Origin: Candidatus Rifleibacteriota bacterium
Lineage (GTDB): Bacteria; Muiribacteriota; Ozemobacteria; Ozemobacterales; Ozemobacteraceae
Length of the DNA: 64,000 nt
Assembly: GCA_012520995.1 (NCBI GenBank)
Contig: JAAYNI010000071.1
Location: 1,224 to 65,223 of the forward strand
Direction of reading: 5' to 3'
The notes under the pieces were generated by a model, which saw only the letters and a program-made list of their open reading frames with translations, did not search any database and was not told the origin of the DNA. Both the position numbers and the translations under genes were made by a program. Numbering within the stretch: position 1 is the stretch's first letter; each line of letters starts with the position of its first letter. Shown piece after piece: positions 18,307-26,928 of the stretch.

Positions 18307-19767
18307 ATGAGACCAGCAAACAACTCCTATTTGTTTTCAGCAGTCTGCCTAATTTTAATTTTCTCTATTTCGACTGCTTATACAAAACCTCTATTGCCTG
18401 TGAAACTATTTTCTGGGGACTTTTTGGAACTCAGGGATGAAACTTTGATTGCTACTGTAGCTTCGACAGGTAAAGATCAGAAGGCTTTATTTGAAGCCTA
18501 TGACAAGATTTTGCAACTTTTCAATAAAAAATATTCCTCAGGCGAGGCTTTAACTCCGGATGAACGCCATGATTACGCTTCAGTTTTGACGGTCTCTGCT
18601 ATTATGAGCCTTGATTCCGCATATCCTGAAGACCTTGAAGAAATGTTTTTGAAAGCAGCTGATATGGTTCCTTATGATTATCGTGCTTTCATGTTAAAGG
18701 GAGACTTTTACGTTTATCGGAAAAAAAATGAAGAGGCCTTGCAAGCTTATGAAATAGCAGCAAGACTTGAGCCCGAATACGAAATGGCTCAAGTAAAGGT
18801 CGGAATGACAGCATTTAACACTGGCAGGTTTGATGTAGCTGCCGAGTATTTTGCTTATCCACATCAAAATAACACAGACGACTTTCTTTTAGCCTATTTG
18901 CTGGCTTATGCTTGCTACAAAAATCATGATTTTGAAAATGCTCGGGATGTTCTAGAGAATACCTTGGATTTAATCGAATATGCTACAAAGAAGCCGGAGC
19001 AAAAATTCATTGATAATATGAAAGAGCTTTTGAGAACGGTAAAAAGATATATAGCCAGCGATGAAGGTTCTACACAATTTGAAGATCAAAAATTTATAAT
19101 CAGTTATGCAGGTTCTTCAGAGGAAGATATTGGGGATATGACCTTGGATGCTTTGGATGAAATCTACTATGAAGTGACTTCTTTTTTAGATTTTGATCCT
19201 CATACCCAAGTGAGAGTAACTTTCCTTACAGGCGATGATTATGCGGCAAGCGGTGCTATGAAATGGTCTGCGGCATCTGCTGTTGGCGCTCATATCATAG
19301 TTCCCTTGAAAAGCGGGTATAAAACTCCTGACTATGTCAAAGGAGTTTTAGCTCACGAATTTACTCATGCGATTATACATATGAAAACCAAGGGAAACAT
19401 ACCCACCTGGCTGAATGAAGGCATAGCTCAATATCAGGAGTTTAACACTCAATATGGTTCTCTGGAAACGATTAGACCAGACCATGAGGGTATCATGAAA
19501 AATATGATCGAGAGTGAGAGTGCTCCCGATTTAATGAGAGCAGACAGAATGTTCAGATCTCCCAATGCAAATGAAGCCAGAAAAGGTTATGTAGCAGCTT
19601 ATTTAGCTGTAAGGTACATAGTCGATACATACGGCGAAAGAACTGTATCCGATATTTGTGATGCTCTGGGTAAAGGCATGAATATATCAGATGCTCTGGA
19701 TGACACTATAGGCAGTGATCTAGAGACCTTCAATGATGATTACAAACGCTGGGCTCATAACCTTTAA
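18307..19767 (+). CDS. TPR plus peptidase MA-like zinc metallopeptidase, copy 1
   Basis: Signal peptide, TPRs, LAHEFTH and WLNEGIAQY (gluzincin pattern); alternative start at 18289. Confidence 0.85.
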   Translation: MRPANNSYLFSAVCLILIFSISTAYTKPLLPVKLFSGDFLELRDETLIATVASTGKDQKALFEAYDKILQLFNKKYSSGEALTPDERHDYASVLTVSAIMSLDSAYPEDLEEMFLKAADMVPYDYRAFMLKGDFYVYRKKNEEALQAYEIAARLEPEYEMAQVKVGMTAFNTGRFDVAAEYFAYPHQNNTDDFLLAYLLAYACYKNHDFENARDVLENTLDLIEYATKKPEQKFIDNMKELLRTVKRYIASDEGSTQFEDQKFIISYAGSSEEDIGDMTLDALDEIYYEVTSFLDFDPHTQVRVTFLTGDDYAASGAMKWSAASAVGAHIIVPLKSGYKTPDYVKGVLAHEFTHAIIHMKTKGNIPTWLNEGIAQYQEFNTQYGSLETIRPDHEGIMKNMIESESAPDLMRADRMFRSPNANEARKGYVAAYLAVRYIVDTYGERTVSDICDALGKGMNISDALDDTIGSDLETFNDDYKRWAHNL

Positions 19768-19826
19768 AAGCAGGGTTTGGAGGATGGGGTGTCGGGGGTA
19801 GCAAAAAATAAGAGTGATAAGTGTCG

Positions 19827-19889
19827 GGTGGCGAGCTTAATTAAATTAAAAATTATAAAGTATAAATTAGAAAAAATTGTTTAGAACTC
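19827..19889 (+). repeat. 63-bp dispersed intergenic repeat core, copy 2
   Basis: 60/63 identical to 7800-7862; lies between the two peptidase paralogs. Confidence 0.95.
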
Positions 19890-20032
19890 AATACTACAAC
19901 TGATAACTGCTTATCGAGTCATAATAAATAACTGTAATCTAGCTTTTATTAAGAAACATTTATTTTTACATTCCACAATACACACTTTACATTATTAAAG
20001 CTCGACATCCTGTGTACAGTTTACATATAAAA

Positions 20033-21493
20033 ATGAATAGAAACTTTAGATGTTCTAAGTCTTTAATTGTTCTCATAATACTGTTTTTTTCTCTTTCTAC
20101 AGCCTATTCGCAGAATACAATTCCAGTAAGACTTTTTAAGGAAGATTTTATACATGTAAAGAGCAGTGCTACTATCTTTGGCTTGGCACTGGAAGCTAAA
20201 GGCAGTAAACCGTCATTAAGTGATTATGATAAGCTTATTGATATTTTTGAAACTAAATCCCGTTCAGGAGACCTGTCTCCCAGTGAATCTCATGATTATG
20301 CCGCACTTCTTACAACAAAAGCGATTTTGACTCTGGAAACTGCTCAATATGATGAGCTTGAAACAATGTTTTCTAGGGCCTGTGAGCTTCTGCCTGAGGA
20401 TCATAAAGTCTTCATGTTGAAAGGTGATTTTTACCTTTTTTATGAGAATAATGATAAGGCCGTCAATGCCTATATTCAGGCTGCAAAGTTAAACCCTGAA
20501 TACGAAATGGCTCACATCAAAGCTGGAATAACAGCTTTGAAAACTGCACAATATGCCAGAGCGACGGAATCTTTTGCTTTTCCTCAACAAAATAATGCGG
20601 AAGATTTTCTCTTAGCTTATTGGCATGCCTATGCTAGATATAAAAACCATGATTTTGAAAGAGCCCAAGATATATTGGAGTATTCTTTGAATTTGCTTGA
20701 ATATTCAATGCAACGGCCAGATGATGAGCTGATAGATGATATGCGGGAACTTTTATCCAAAGCTAAGACTTATGTATCTGGTGATGAAGACGCCTCGATT
20801 ATTAAAGATAAAAAATTCATAATCAGCTTTGCCGGGACTTCAGAAGAGGACATAGGCTGTATGACATTTGAGGCTTTGGACGATGTGTATTATGAGGTGA
20901 CTTCTTTTCTGAACTTTGATCCTCATATGCAAGTCAGAGTGACTTTCATGAATAGAGAAGATTATGCGGCAAGCGGGGCTATGGAGTGGTTTGGGGCTCA
21001 CATAGATACGCTCCACATACATGTTCCTCTTACCAGAGGATACAGGCATCCGACTTATGCTAAAGCACTGCTGGCTCACGAATTCACTCATGCCATTATT
21101 CATATGAAAACCAAGGGGAATATACCCACTTGGTTAAATGAGGGAATAGCTCAATATCAGGAATTCACTGTTTGGTTTGGTTCGCCTGATATCATAAGAC
21201 CTGACTATGAAGGCCTTATGAAACATATGATTGAAAATAACAGCTTGCCTGATTTGAGTGAGGCTGAGCAAATGTTTCGCTCCAAAGACGGAAATGAAGC
21301 TACAAAAGCTTATATTGCTTCCTATTTGGCGATCAGATACATAGTGGAGAAACACGGAGAAAAAAGCTTAGCAAAGATATGTGATGCCTTGGGCAAAGAC
21401 ATGACTATTTCAGAAGCTTTGAATAGGGTTGTCGGCTATGATTTTGAAACATTAAACAACTCTTACAAGCTTTGGGTTCATGCTTTTCAATAA
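20033..21493 (+). CDS. TPR plus peptidase MA-like zinc metallopeptidase, copy 2 (tandem paralog)
   Basis: Colinear with copy 1; identical block LAHEFTHAIIHMKTKGNIPTWLNEGIAQYQEF. Confidence 0.85.
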   Translation: MNRNFRCSKSLIVLIILFFSLSTAYSQNTIPVRLFKEDFIHVKSSATIFGLALEAKGSKPSLSDYDKLIDIFETKSRSGDLSPSESHDYAALLTTKAILTLETAQYDELETMFSRACELLPEDHKVFMLKGDFYLFYENNDKAVNAYIQAAKLNPEYEMAHIKAGITALKTAQYARATESFAFPQQNNAEDFLLAYWHAYARYKNHDFERAQDILEYSLNLLEYSMQRPDDELIDDMRELLSKAKTYVSGDEDASIIKDKKFIISFAGTSEEDIGCMTFEALDDVYYEVTSFLNFDPHMQVRVTFMNREDYAASGAMEWFGAHIDTLHIHVPLTRGYRHPTYAKALLAHEFTHAIIHMKTKGNIPTWLNEGIAQYQEFTVWFGSPDIIRPDYEGLMKHMIENNSLPDLSEAEQMFRSKDGNEATKAYIASYLAIRYIVEKHGEKSLAKICDALGKDMTISEALNRVVGYDFETLNNSYKLWVHAFQ

Positions 21494-21525
21494 TCTTTCC
21501 TAAGTCCGCTGGGTGAGTGCCTTTA

Positions 21526-21554
21526 TTGACACATTGGAGTCTATCGGATATAAT
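21526..21554 (+). promoter_or_regulatory. Consensus sigma70 promoter TTGACA-N17-TATAAT
   Basis: TTGACA at 21526-21531, TATAAT at 21549-21554, SD GGAGGA at 21562-21567, ATG at 21577. Confidence 0.85.
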
Positions 21555-21576
21555 CGGACATGGAGGAATTCCCTGT

Positions 21577-21903
21577 ATGAACAAGTATAAATTACCAGCA
21601 TTGCTTTTAGCGACTCTGTGTTTGTCTGGTTGCATGCAGGATGGTTCGAACTCTGTTTCTACGCGTTCGCCTGTTCCCCCCTTGAAACGCAAAGCTGTAC
21701 AGACTAAGCAGCATCCTGTCTCACAAAATAAACTTGAGCAGGAATATGACAAAGCCTACAAGGAATATACTGAAGCCTATAATGAGTATGTCCGCTTACT
21801 TCGTGAAAGCGGTCCTCAGACCAGAGTCACCCTAGATGCCTTGCTTGATTATCAAAAAAAATATAATTTTTACATCAAACTCAAGGAACAGCTCGGCAAA
21901 TAG
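21577..21903 (+). CDS. Small helical lipoprotein of unknown function
   Basis: Lipobox LSGC after a hydrophobic stretch; strong SD and promoter. Confidence 0.8.
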   Translation: MNKYKLPALLLATLCLSGCMQDGSNSVSTRSPVPPLKRKAVQTKQHPVSQNKLEQEYDKAYKEYTEAYNEYVRLLRESGPQTRVTLDALLDYQKKYNFYIKLKEQLGK

Positions 21904-21960
21904 TAACAAACATAACTTGCTGAGAGTCAGAATAATGCAGCAGCTTGAAAGAGCTTGGCG

Positions 21961-22986
21961 ATGAGTAAAAATCTCCTCTTTGTCATTTTAGTGGCGATTT
22001 TGCTCTTTTTGTATTTAGGAACTTTTCAAAGCTCCTCGAATACCCCTTATCGCAAAACTATAATTGCGATGGATACTTATGTGACTACATCAGTATATTC
22101 AAAAGACCCGCAAGCAGCTTTTGATAAGGTTTTTCAAATTTTCTCTGATGTCGAGCGCAAAGTTTCTTTTTTTGAAGAAAAGTCGGCTCTTTCCTGTTTA
22201 AATAAAAGACATTTGATCAAGGCTGGAGAAGCTGGTTTTGAAACACTTAAAGCCTTGCTGGAGATAACTCTTTCATATGTGAAAGAGACAGATGGTTACT
22301 TTGATCCGTCATTTGCAATTTATCAAGCAGCTTACGGATTTTATGACCAAAACCCAAGAATTCCCGCTGATGAAGATATTAAGGCGATTGTACATTTAGC
22401 TTCATTTCAAAACAATGTACATATTTCAGAAGAAGAGATAAAAACTGAAAGAGGAACTTTAATAAATCTGGGTGGTATAGCAGGCGGCTTTGCATTGGAA
22501 GAATGTAAAAAGGCTCTCTTGCAAAAGGGATATGAGAACTTTTTGATCGATGATGCTGGCGATATAATAACAGAAGGTACAAAGCCAGACGGCTCTTTGT
22601 GGAAAATAGGAGTAAAAGACCCTCTGGATGAAAACCCCAACTCCTTGGCGGCTCATATTGTTTTGCCAGGTGGAAAAGCTGTTTCAACCTCTGGCAGCTA
22701 CGAAAGATTTATAGAGGTAGAAGGCAAAAAATTAAACCATATATTCGACCCTATGACAGGAAGACCTGCTGAGAGCTTTGTTTCTGTAACTGTAATAGGA
22801 GATAGTCCAATTTTTGTGGATGTTTTAAGCACGGCTTTGTTTGCAATGCCTGAAGAGAAAGCCATATCTTTTACGGAAAATTCTAAAATAGCAGCATTTT
22901 TCATTACGGCTGATGGAAGGCGGATTATTTCGGAGTCGGCAAAAAATTATATCACTTTGCCGAAGAGGCAAAATGCGCAACTCTGA
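21961..22986 (+). CDS. apbE: FAD:protein FMN transferase ApbE
   Basis: AMDT, TDGYFDP, INLGGIAGG, DAGDI, WKIGVKDP, AVSTSGSYERF, HIFDPMTG, DVLSTALF. Confidence 0.93.
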   Translation: MSKNLLFVILVAILLFLYLGTFQSSSNTPYRKTIIAMDTYVTTSVYSKDPQAAFDKVFQIFSDVERKVSFFEEKSALSCLNKRHLIKAGEAGFETLKALLEITLSYVKETDGYFDPSFAIYQAAYGFYDQNPRIPADEDIKAIVHLASFQNNVHISEEEIKTERGTLINLGGIAGGFALEECKKALLQKGYENFLIDDAGDIITEGTKPDGSLWKIGVKDPLDENPNSLAAHIVLPGGKAVSTSGSYERFIEVEGKKLNHIFDPMTGRPAESFVSVTVIGDSPIFVDVLSTALFAMPEEKAISFTENSKIAAFFITADGRRIISESAKNYITLPKRQNAQL

Positions 22987-23509
22987 CGATATTTCCAAAT
23001 TGGAACAACCTGACTCTTCTTTGTCAGATTCATCTGAAACTGAAGACTCTAAATCAGAGGATATGAATTGCGAGGAGACAAAAGGGCAGGTTTCATTGGA
23101 AAGTATCGAAGAAAGTCAAAAGCCGATTTTCTTCAATAAGAGTGATTGGGCAACTATTATTTTATTGCTTTTATTAGCTCCGATTTTTTTTCTGTTAGGC
23201 ACTGCTGATAAGGGCAGAATTATCAAATATGAAATTTCCTCTTTTGGAGATAAACCTGAAAAAATCACTATAATAGCACCAGAATCTGGAATTTATGAGC
23301 TTGACGCTCTTGCAGGCAAGTTTGTTCTTGAATTTGCCAAGGATGGGAAAGTAAAAGTCAAATCATCAGAATGTCCTGGCAAAAACTGTATGAGACAAGG
23401 TTTCGCGGGGGCAGGGGAGAGCATAATATGTATTCCCAATATGCTGATGGTCGAACCTATAGGAGAAAAACAAAGAGCAATCTCAGAAGTAGACGCTGTC
23501 ACGAAGTAG
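22973..23509 (+). CDS. NusG domain II-containing membrane protein
   Basis: One TM helix, then SSECPGKNCMRQG...IICIPN and a C-terminal DAV; typical neighbour of apbE and Gx genes. Confidence 0.85.
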   Translation: MRNSDDISKLEQPDSSLSDSSETEDSKSEDMNCEETKGQVSLESIEESQKPIFFNKSDWATIILLLLLAPIFFLLGTADKGRIIKYEISSFGDKPEKITIIAPESGIYELDALAGKFVLEFAKDGKVKVKSSECPGKNCMRQGFAGAGESIICIPNMLMVEPIGEKQRAISEVDAVTK

Positions 23510-23515
23510 CTAATG

Positions 23516-23602
23516 CTAGTGCTGCTTTTTCACTAAAAGTTACCTGTTTAATTTCAAGAAAGTTAATAAATGCTTTATGCTTATCTGATGCAGCAACAGC
23601 AC
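23516..23602 (+). mobile_element. Degenerate copy of the CTAG-bounded mini inverted-repeat element
   Basis: Aligns end to end with 26929-27019 (CTAGTGCT...CTAAAA...CAAG...TTAT.TGATGCA.CAA..GCAC). Confidence 0.6.
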
Positions 23603-23623
23603 CGTGGCGAGTGATGAGTGGCT

Positions 23624-23686
23624 GGTGGCGAGCTTAATTAAATTAGAAATTATAAAGTATAAATTAGAAATAATTGTTTAGAACTC
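23624..23686 (+). repeat. 63-bp dispersed intergenic repeat core, copy 3
   Basis: 62/63 identical to 7800-7862; preceded by an AGTGRYG array at 23603. Confidence 0.95.
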
Positions 23687-23827
23687 TGATACTCAAGCTT
23701 CCAACAGTTTTTAGCTGCTTATAAATATTCGAAACCCAAAATATAAAATGTAGAGTGTAAAAAAGAATGTTCGCTCAGAAAAAAAGTGTCACCCTTTAGG
23801 GGGCATGTCACTGTGCTTAAAATCTCG

Positions 23828-23898
23828 TCTGTGTTAATCTGTGTTTATCTGCGGATAAAAAAGTTAAAAAGAAATATTTAGTTGCAATAAGCTCTTAG
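23828..23898 (-). repeat. Left arm of an imperfect inverted repeat flanking the Gx gene (includes a period-10 TCTGTG array)
   Basis: Its reverse complement aligns with 24414-24480. Confidence 0.75.
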
Positions 23899-23910
23899 TA
23901 AAAGGTCAAA

Positions 23911-24417
23911 ATGGAAAATGCCAGATATGAAACTTTAATAAAAACAGCTAAAATTGCAGTGCTGATAGCGGCGGCTTCAGCTTTGCAATGCTTGGAAGCA
24001 CCCATAGCTGCTGCTTTTCCTTGGGTCAAGGTCGGGCTTGCCAATATACTGACTCTTTATGCCGTGATAAGACTTTCAGCATCGGAAGCCATATTGATTG
24101 CGGCAGGGCGAACCTTTCTTTCGGCTTTGATTTTGGGTTCGCTTTTTACGCCTTTTCACTTTATGTCATTCAGCGGAGCCGTTTCATCTGCTGTCTTAAT
24201 GGCATTTTTGCATAAAGCGGCTCCTAAGATTTCGCTCTCACTAAAAAGCATCTTTGGAGCTGTAGCCAGCAACAGTGCTCAGCTCTTGGCTATATCCTTT
24301 CTTTTTAAAGCAAAGATTAATCTTTACTGGTATTTTGGAGCTGCGATTTTATTCAGCGTACCAGCAGGGCTGTTGAACGCGAAAATAACGGAGAAACTCC
24401 TGCAAGCGGACGGCTAG
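23911..24417 (+). CDS. Gx transporter family protein (heptaprenyl diphosphate synthase component I-like)
   Basis: LQCLE...PWVKVGLANI, five hydrophobic segments, SFSGA, SIFGA..SN.AQL; follows the NusG II gene. Confidence 0.88.
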   Translation: MENARYETLIKTAKIAVLIAAASALQCLEAPIAAAFPWVKVGLANILTLYAVIRLSASEAILIAAGRTFLSALILGSLFTPFHFMSFSGAVSSAVLMAFLHKAAPKISLSLKSIFGAVASNSAQLLAISFLFKAKINLYWYFGAAILFSVPAGLLNAKITEKLLQADG

Positions 24418-24529
24418 TGCTGTATTGCAGCTAAAAATTCCTTCTCCTTTTTTATCCACAGATTACACAGATGACACAGATAAGACCTGAAATTTAAAAT
24501 CCGCAGATGACGCAGATGGCCGCAGATAA
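24414..24529 (+). repeat. Right inverted-repeat arm: CTAGTGC element end plus two period-9 arrays (CACAGAT, CGCAGAT)
   Basis: CTAG at 24414-24417 contains the Gx stop codon; CCACAGATTACACAGATGACACAGAT and CCGCAGATGACGCAGATGGCCGCAGAT follow. Confidence 0.8.
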
Positions 24530-24560
24530 AGAAACCAATGACAAAATTCTTTTGTCCTGC

Positions 24561-24623
24561 GTCTGTAATTAAAAGCCAGATTGCCCAAATAAATTTGCTC
24601 AATTTGAGCTTTTAATCACAGAC
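24561..24623. mobile_element. 63-bp mini element with 16-bp terminal inverted repeats (MITE-like)
   Basis: GTCTGTAATTAAAAGC versus reverse complement GTCTGTGATTAAAAGC (15/16). Confidence 0.5.
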
Positions 24624-24926
24624 TCTGCAAAAACTTAAATCGTTTTTGCTAAAATTGGCTTCTTAAAAACAGATTAAAAAAAACAGTGGGTCGAGGGTAG
24701 CACCCGCTAATTTATACCATATCCGAAAATGGCAAAAAGCAGCGTTACAGAAAAAAATCATCTTAAAAGATGTTTTCAAGGCAATCAAAACACACCTGAT
24801 TGATCAATTCCCAGTCAGCCTGATAACATGGTTTGTGCTTTTCTTATTATTTATGATGGTATACTTTACTGCGTTCGGTGTTGAGTGAATTCCGTTTTTG
24901 AAGCTCGCCATTTGCTGCTCTCTTTG

Positions 24927-24935
24927 TGCTATAAT
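24927..24935 (+). promoter_or_regulatory. Extended -10 promoter element TGCTATAAT
   Basis: 30 nt upstream of the nitroreductase ATG with SD AAGGAG; the same 9-mer occurs at 42857 and 48034. Confidence 0.6.
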
Positions 24936-24964
24936 GCCTAAAGAGACAAAACAAGGAGAGAGAT

Positions 24965-25534
24965 ATGAACATATTTGACACAATTTATGCCAGGAAGTCA
25001 GTCAGGAGTTATACAGGAAATAAAATCAGCCAGTCGCAAATGAGACAGTTGCTTGATGCTGCCTGTGCTTCACCGATAGCCGTTTGCAGATATGAAAACA
25101 TGCATTTGACAGTAGTTTCTGATTCTGTAATTATGAACGCTTTTGAAGAGAATGATTCTAGAGCAAAGGGGCAAGAATCCCATCCTTTTCACGGTGCTCC
25201 ACAAATGATAGTAATTTCTGTAAAACCTTTTGAGTCAGACTTGCAGAACATGGAATATGCAAATGCTGGCATAGTAGCTGAAAATATTTGTTTGGCAGCG
25301 ACTGCCTTGGGGATAGGCTCTTGTATGATTTGGGGTACATTCAGAAGAGCTTTGGCAAACCAAGAGCTGCTGGATATGCTTAAGCTTCCTGAAGGCTTTA
25401 TTCCTTGCGGCGCTGTTATTGTCGGAGAAACCGAAGAGAAGTTCGCTCCTCAAAAAGGCCGCCACTGCATGAAAATAAATAGCCTCGGCTGGACAGAAGA
25501 AGGCAAGGAAATAAACCCATTCGTTAATTGCTAG
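24965..25534 (+). CDS. Nitroreductase family protein
   Basis: IYARKSVRSY, AACASP, ENICLAATALGIGSCMI, LKLPEG. Confidence 0.92.
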   Translation: MNIFDTIYARKSVRSYTGNKISQSQMRQLLDAACASPIAVCRYENMHLTVVSDSVIMNAFEENDSRAKGQESHPFHGAPQMIVISVKPFESDLQNMEYANAGIVAENICLAATALGIGSCMIWGTFRRALANQELLDMLKLPEGFIPCGAVIVGETEEKFAPQKGRHCMKINSLGWTEEGKEINPFVNC

Positions 25535-25577
25535 CACTCCCTTTTTCTAAAACTTTTTTTATCTACAGACCTTTATT

Positions 25578-25608
25578 TAGGGACTAGGGGGTAGGGAGTA
25601 GCAAAAAA
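25578..25608 (+). repeat. Period-7 array TAGGGAC TAGGGGG TAGGGAG TAGCAAA
   Basis: Same module as at 11447, 19784, 27028 and (reversed) 7986. Confidence 0.75.
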
Positions 25609-25887
25609 CAAAACCAAAAACGCAGGACAACTATTGCAGAAAAGACCAAAACATTTCTTTGGTACCCTTAATAACTCTCTTTTTTCAGTCTGGAAAGCGA
25701 GTTTTGCCGCAAATACGAACAGAGAGGCGACTTTTAATAATGTAAAGTGTAAAATCAAGATAAAATATATCCTAAAGACAAACGAAAAAAACTAACTAAG
25801 CAGGTAAAAATCAAAACTTGCTTGAGTTGGATAAATCTTTCGAATAATGATATAAAATATCTGCTATCTCTAAATTGAGTTTTTTAT

Positions 25888-26391
25888 ATGAAGAAAAAGA
25901 GACCTCCAAATAAATATGACTTAATAATGTTTTTGCTCATAGCCGTGGGCATGTTATTTTTTATGGATGCTACTTTGAAACTTATTCTGGGCGGTGTGAT
26001 AATGCTGATGGTAGGTCTTATTCTGCTTACAATAGCGGGCATTTACTATAGCGTCTTGGAGGGAAAGCGTAACTCCTTTGCTTCAGTTCATTTTCCCGGT
26101 TTAATTGCAGGTAAAAAGCAACTTTCAAATATATTAGAAAAAGCAAAAAGTGAACTGGAAACCTTAAATAGAGTTTTGTTAACTATGAGAAGAGCTCCTG
26201 AACAGGATCCAGCCCATTTTGCTTATGAACAGCTGATTAAAGAAATTGAAAAGACGACTTTGCCTAAGTTAGATGAAAGAGTGAAAGTGTTTTATGATGC
26301 CCGGAAAAGAAAATTTAATAGATACTCGACTAAATTCGTCTATAGTAATCTGTGGATAAAAATACATGAAGCTTTAGCTGGCATACTCTAG
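25888..26391 (+). CDS. Hypothetical membrane protein (two N-terminal TM helices plus a helical domain)
   Basis: 167-aa ORF; no recognised motif. Confidence 0.65.
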   Translation: MKKKRPPNKYDLIMFLLIAVGMLFFMDATLKLILGGVIMLMVGLILLTIAGIYYSVLEGKRNSFASVHFPGLIAGKKQLSNILEKAKSELETLNRVLLTMRRAPEQDPAHFAYEQLIKEIEKTTLPKLDERVKVFYDARKRKFNRYSTKFVYSNLWIKIHEALAGIL

Positions 26392-26442
26392 TATATAAGA
26401 GCTCTTTTACAGAAGAAATCAAGATTCTGAAGGAACTGTTTT

Positions 26443-26928
26443 ATGGAATATCTGGCATTTTTGCAATTATTATTAGTTACACCAGTTTTTTCGGTTATCC
26501 TAGTATCATTGGGAGCAGCATTGTTTTGGTTCATAGCCTCTCGTATGTCAAGCGAAGATGTTGATGATTGGGCTAAGAAACATTGCCCTGACCTGCTGTC
26601 TAACAAACAAATAATCTGGGACATTGCTTCTGCTGCGCTAAACAAACGCATTGAAATGGAGAATGCTGCTTCAGAAGTTAAAAGTCATCCAACTTATAAT
26701 GCACGATTGTTATCTTATGATGCTTTACATAGGAGATGCGATAAGCTTTTCAAAGAACTTCACGGCAGAATGACTGAGCTTCATGACGAGTTTCGTAAGG
26801 TGGGGGCAAAACACAGTTCCTATCAAGCAAAGGTTACAGAGATTATTGCTAAGAGCAACGCCGAAGTTGAAGAGCTTGCTATCATTAGTGAGAAACTTGA
26901 GGAGAGAATGCGGGAGCTCATAGGCTGA
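26443..26928 (+). CDS. Hypothetical membrane-anchored coiled-coil protein
   Basis: SD GAAGGA, N-terminal hydrophobic helix, heptad-rich C-terminus. Confidence 0.7.
   Translation: MEYLAFLQLLLVTPVFSVILVSLGAALFWFIASRMSSEDVDDWAKKHCPDLLSNKQIIWDIASAALNKRIEMENAASEVKSHPTYNARLLSYDALHRRCDKLFKELHGRMTELHDEFRKVGAKHSSYQAKVTEIIAKSNAEVEELAIISEKLEERMRELIG

Noticed and set aside
7800-23686. 63-bp repeats as a CRISPR array or integron attC sites
   Set aside because: Copies are kilobases apart with no regular spacers, no cas or integrase gene is present, and the core lacks the RYYYAAC...GTTRRRY palindromic layout.
24414-24602. 62-aa minus-strand ORF (ICGHLRHLR...LCHLCNLW)
   Set aside because: It is the translation of the period-9 DNA repeats, not a plausible protein.
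25532-25560. TAGCACTC as a second CIRCE
   Set aside because: Only a half site; no GAGTGCTAA arm at 9-nt spacing.
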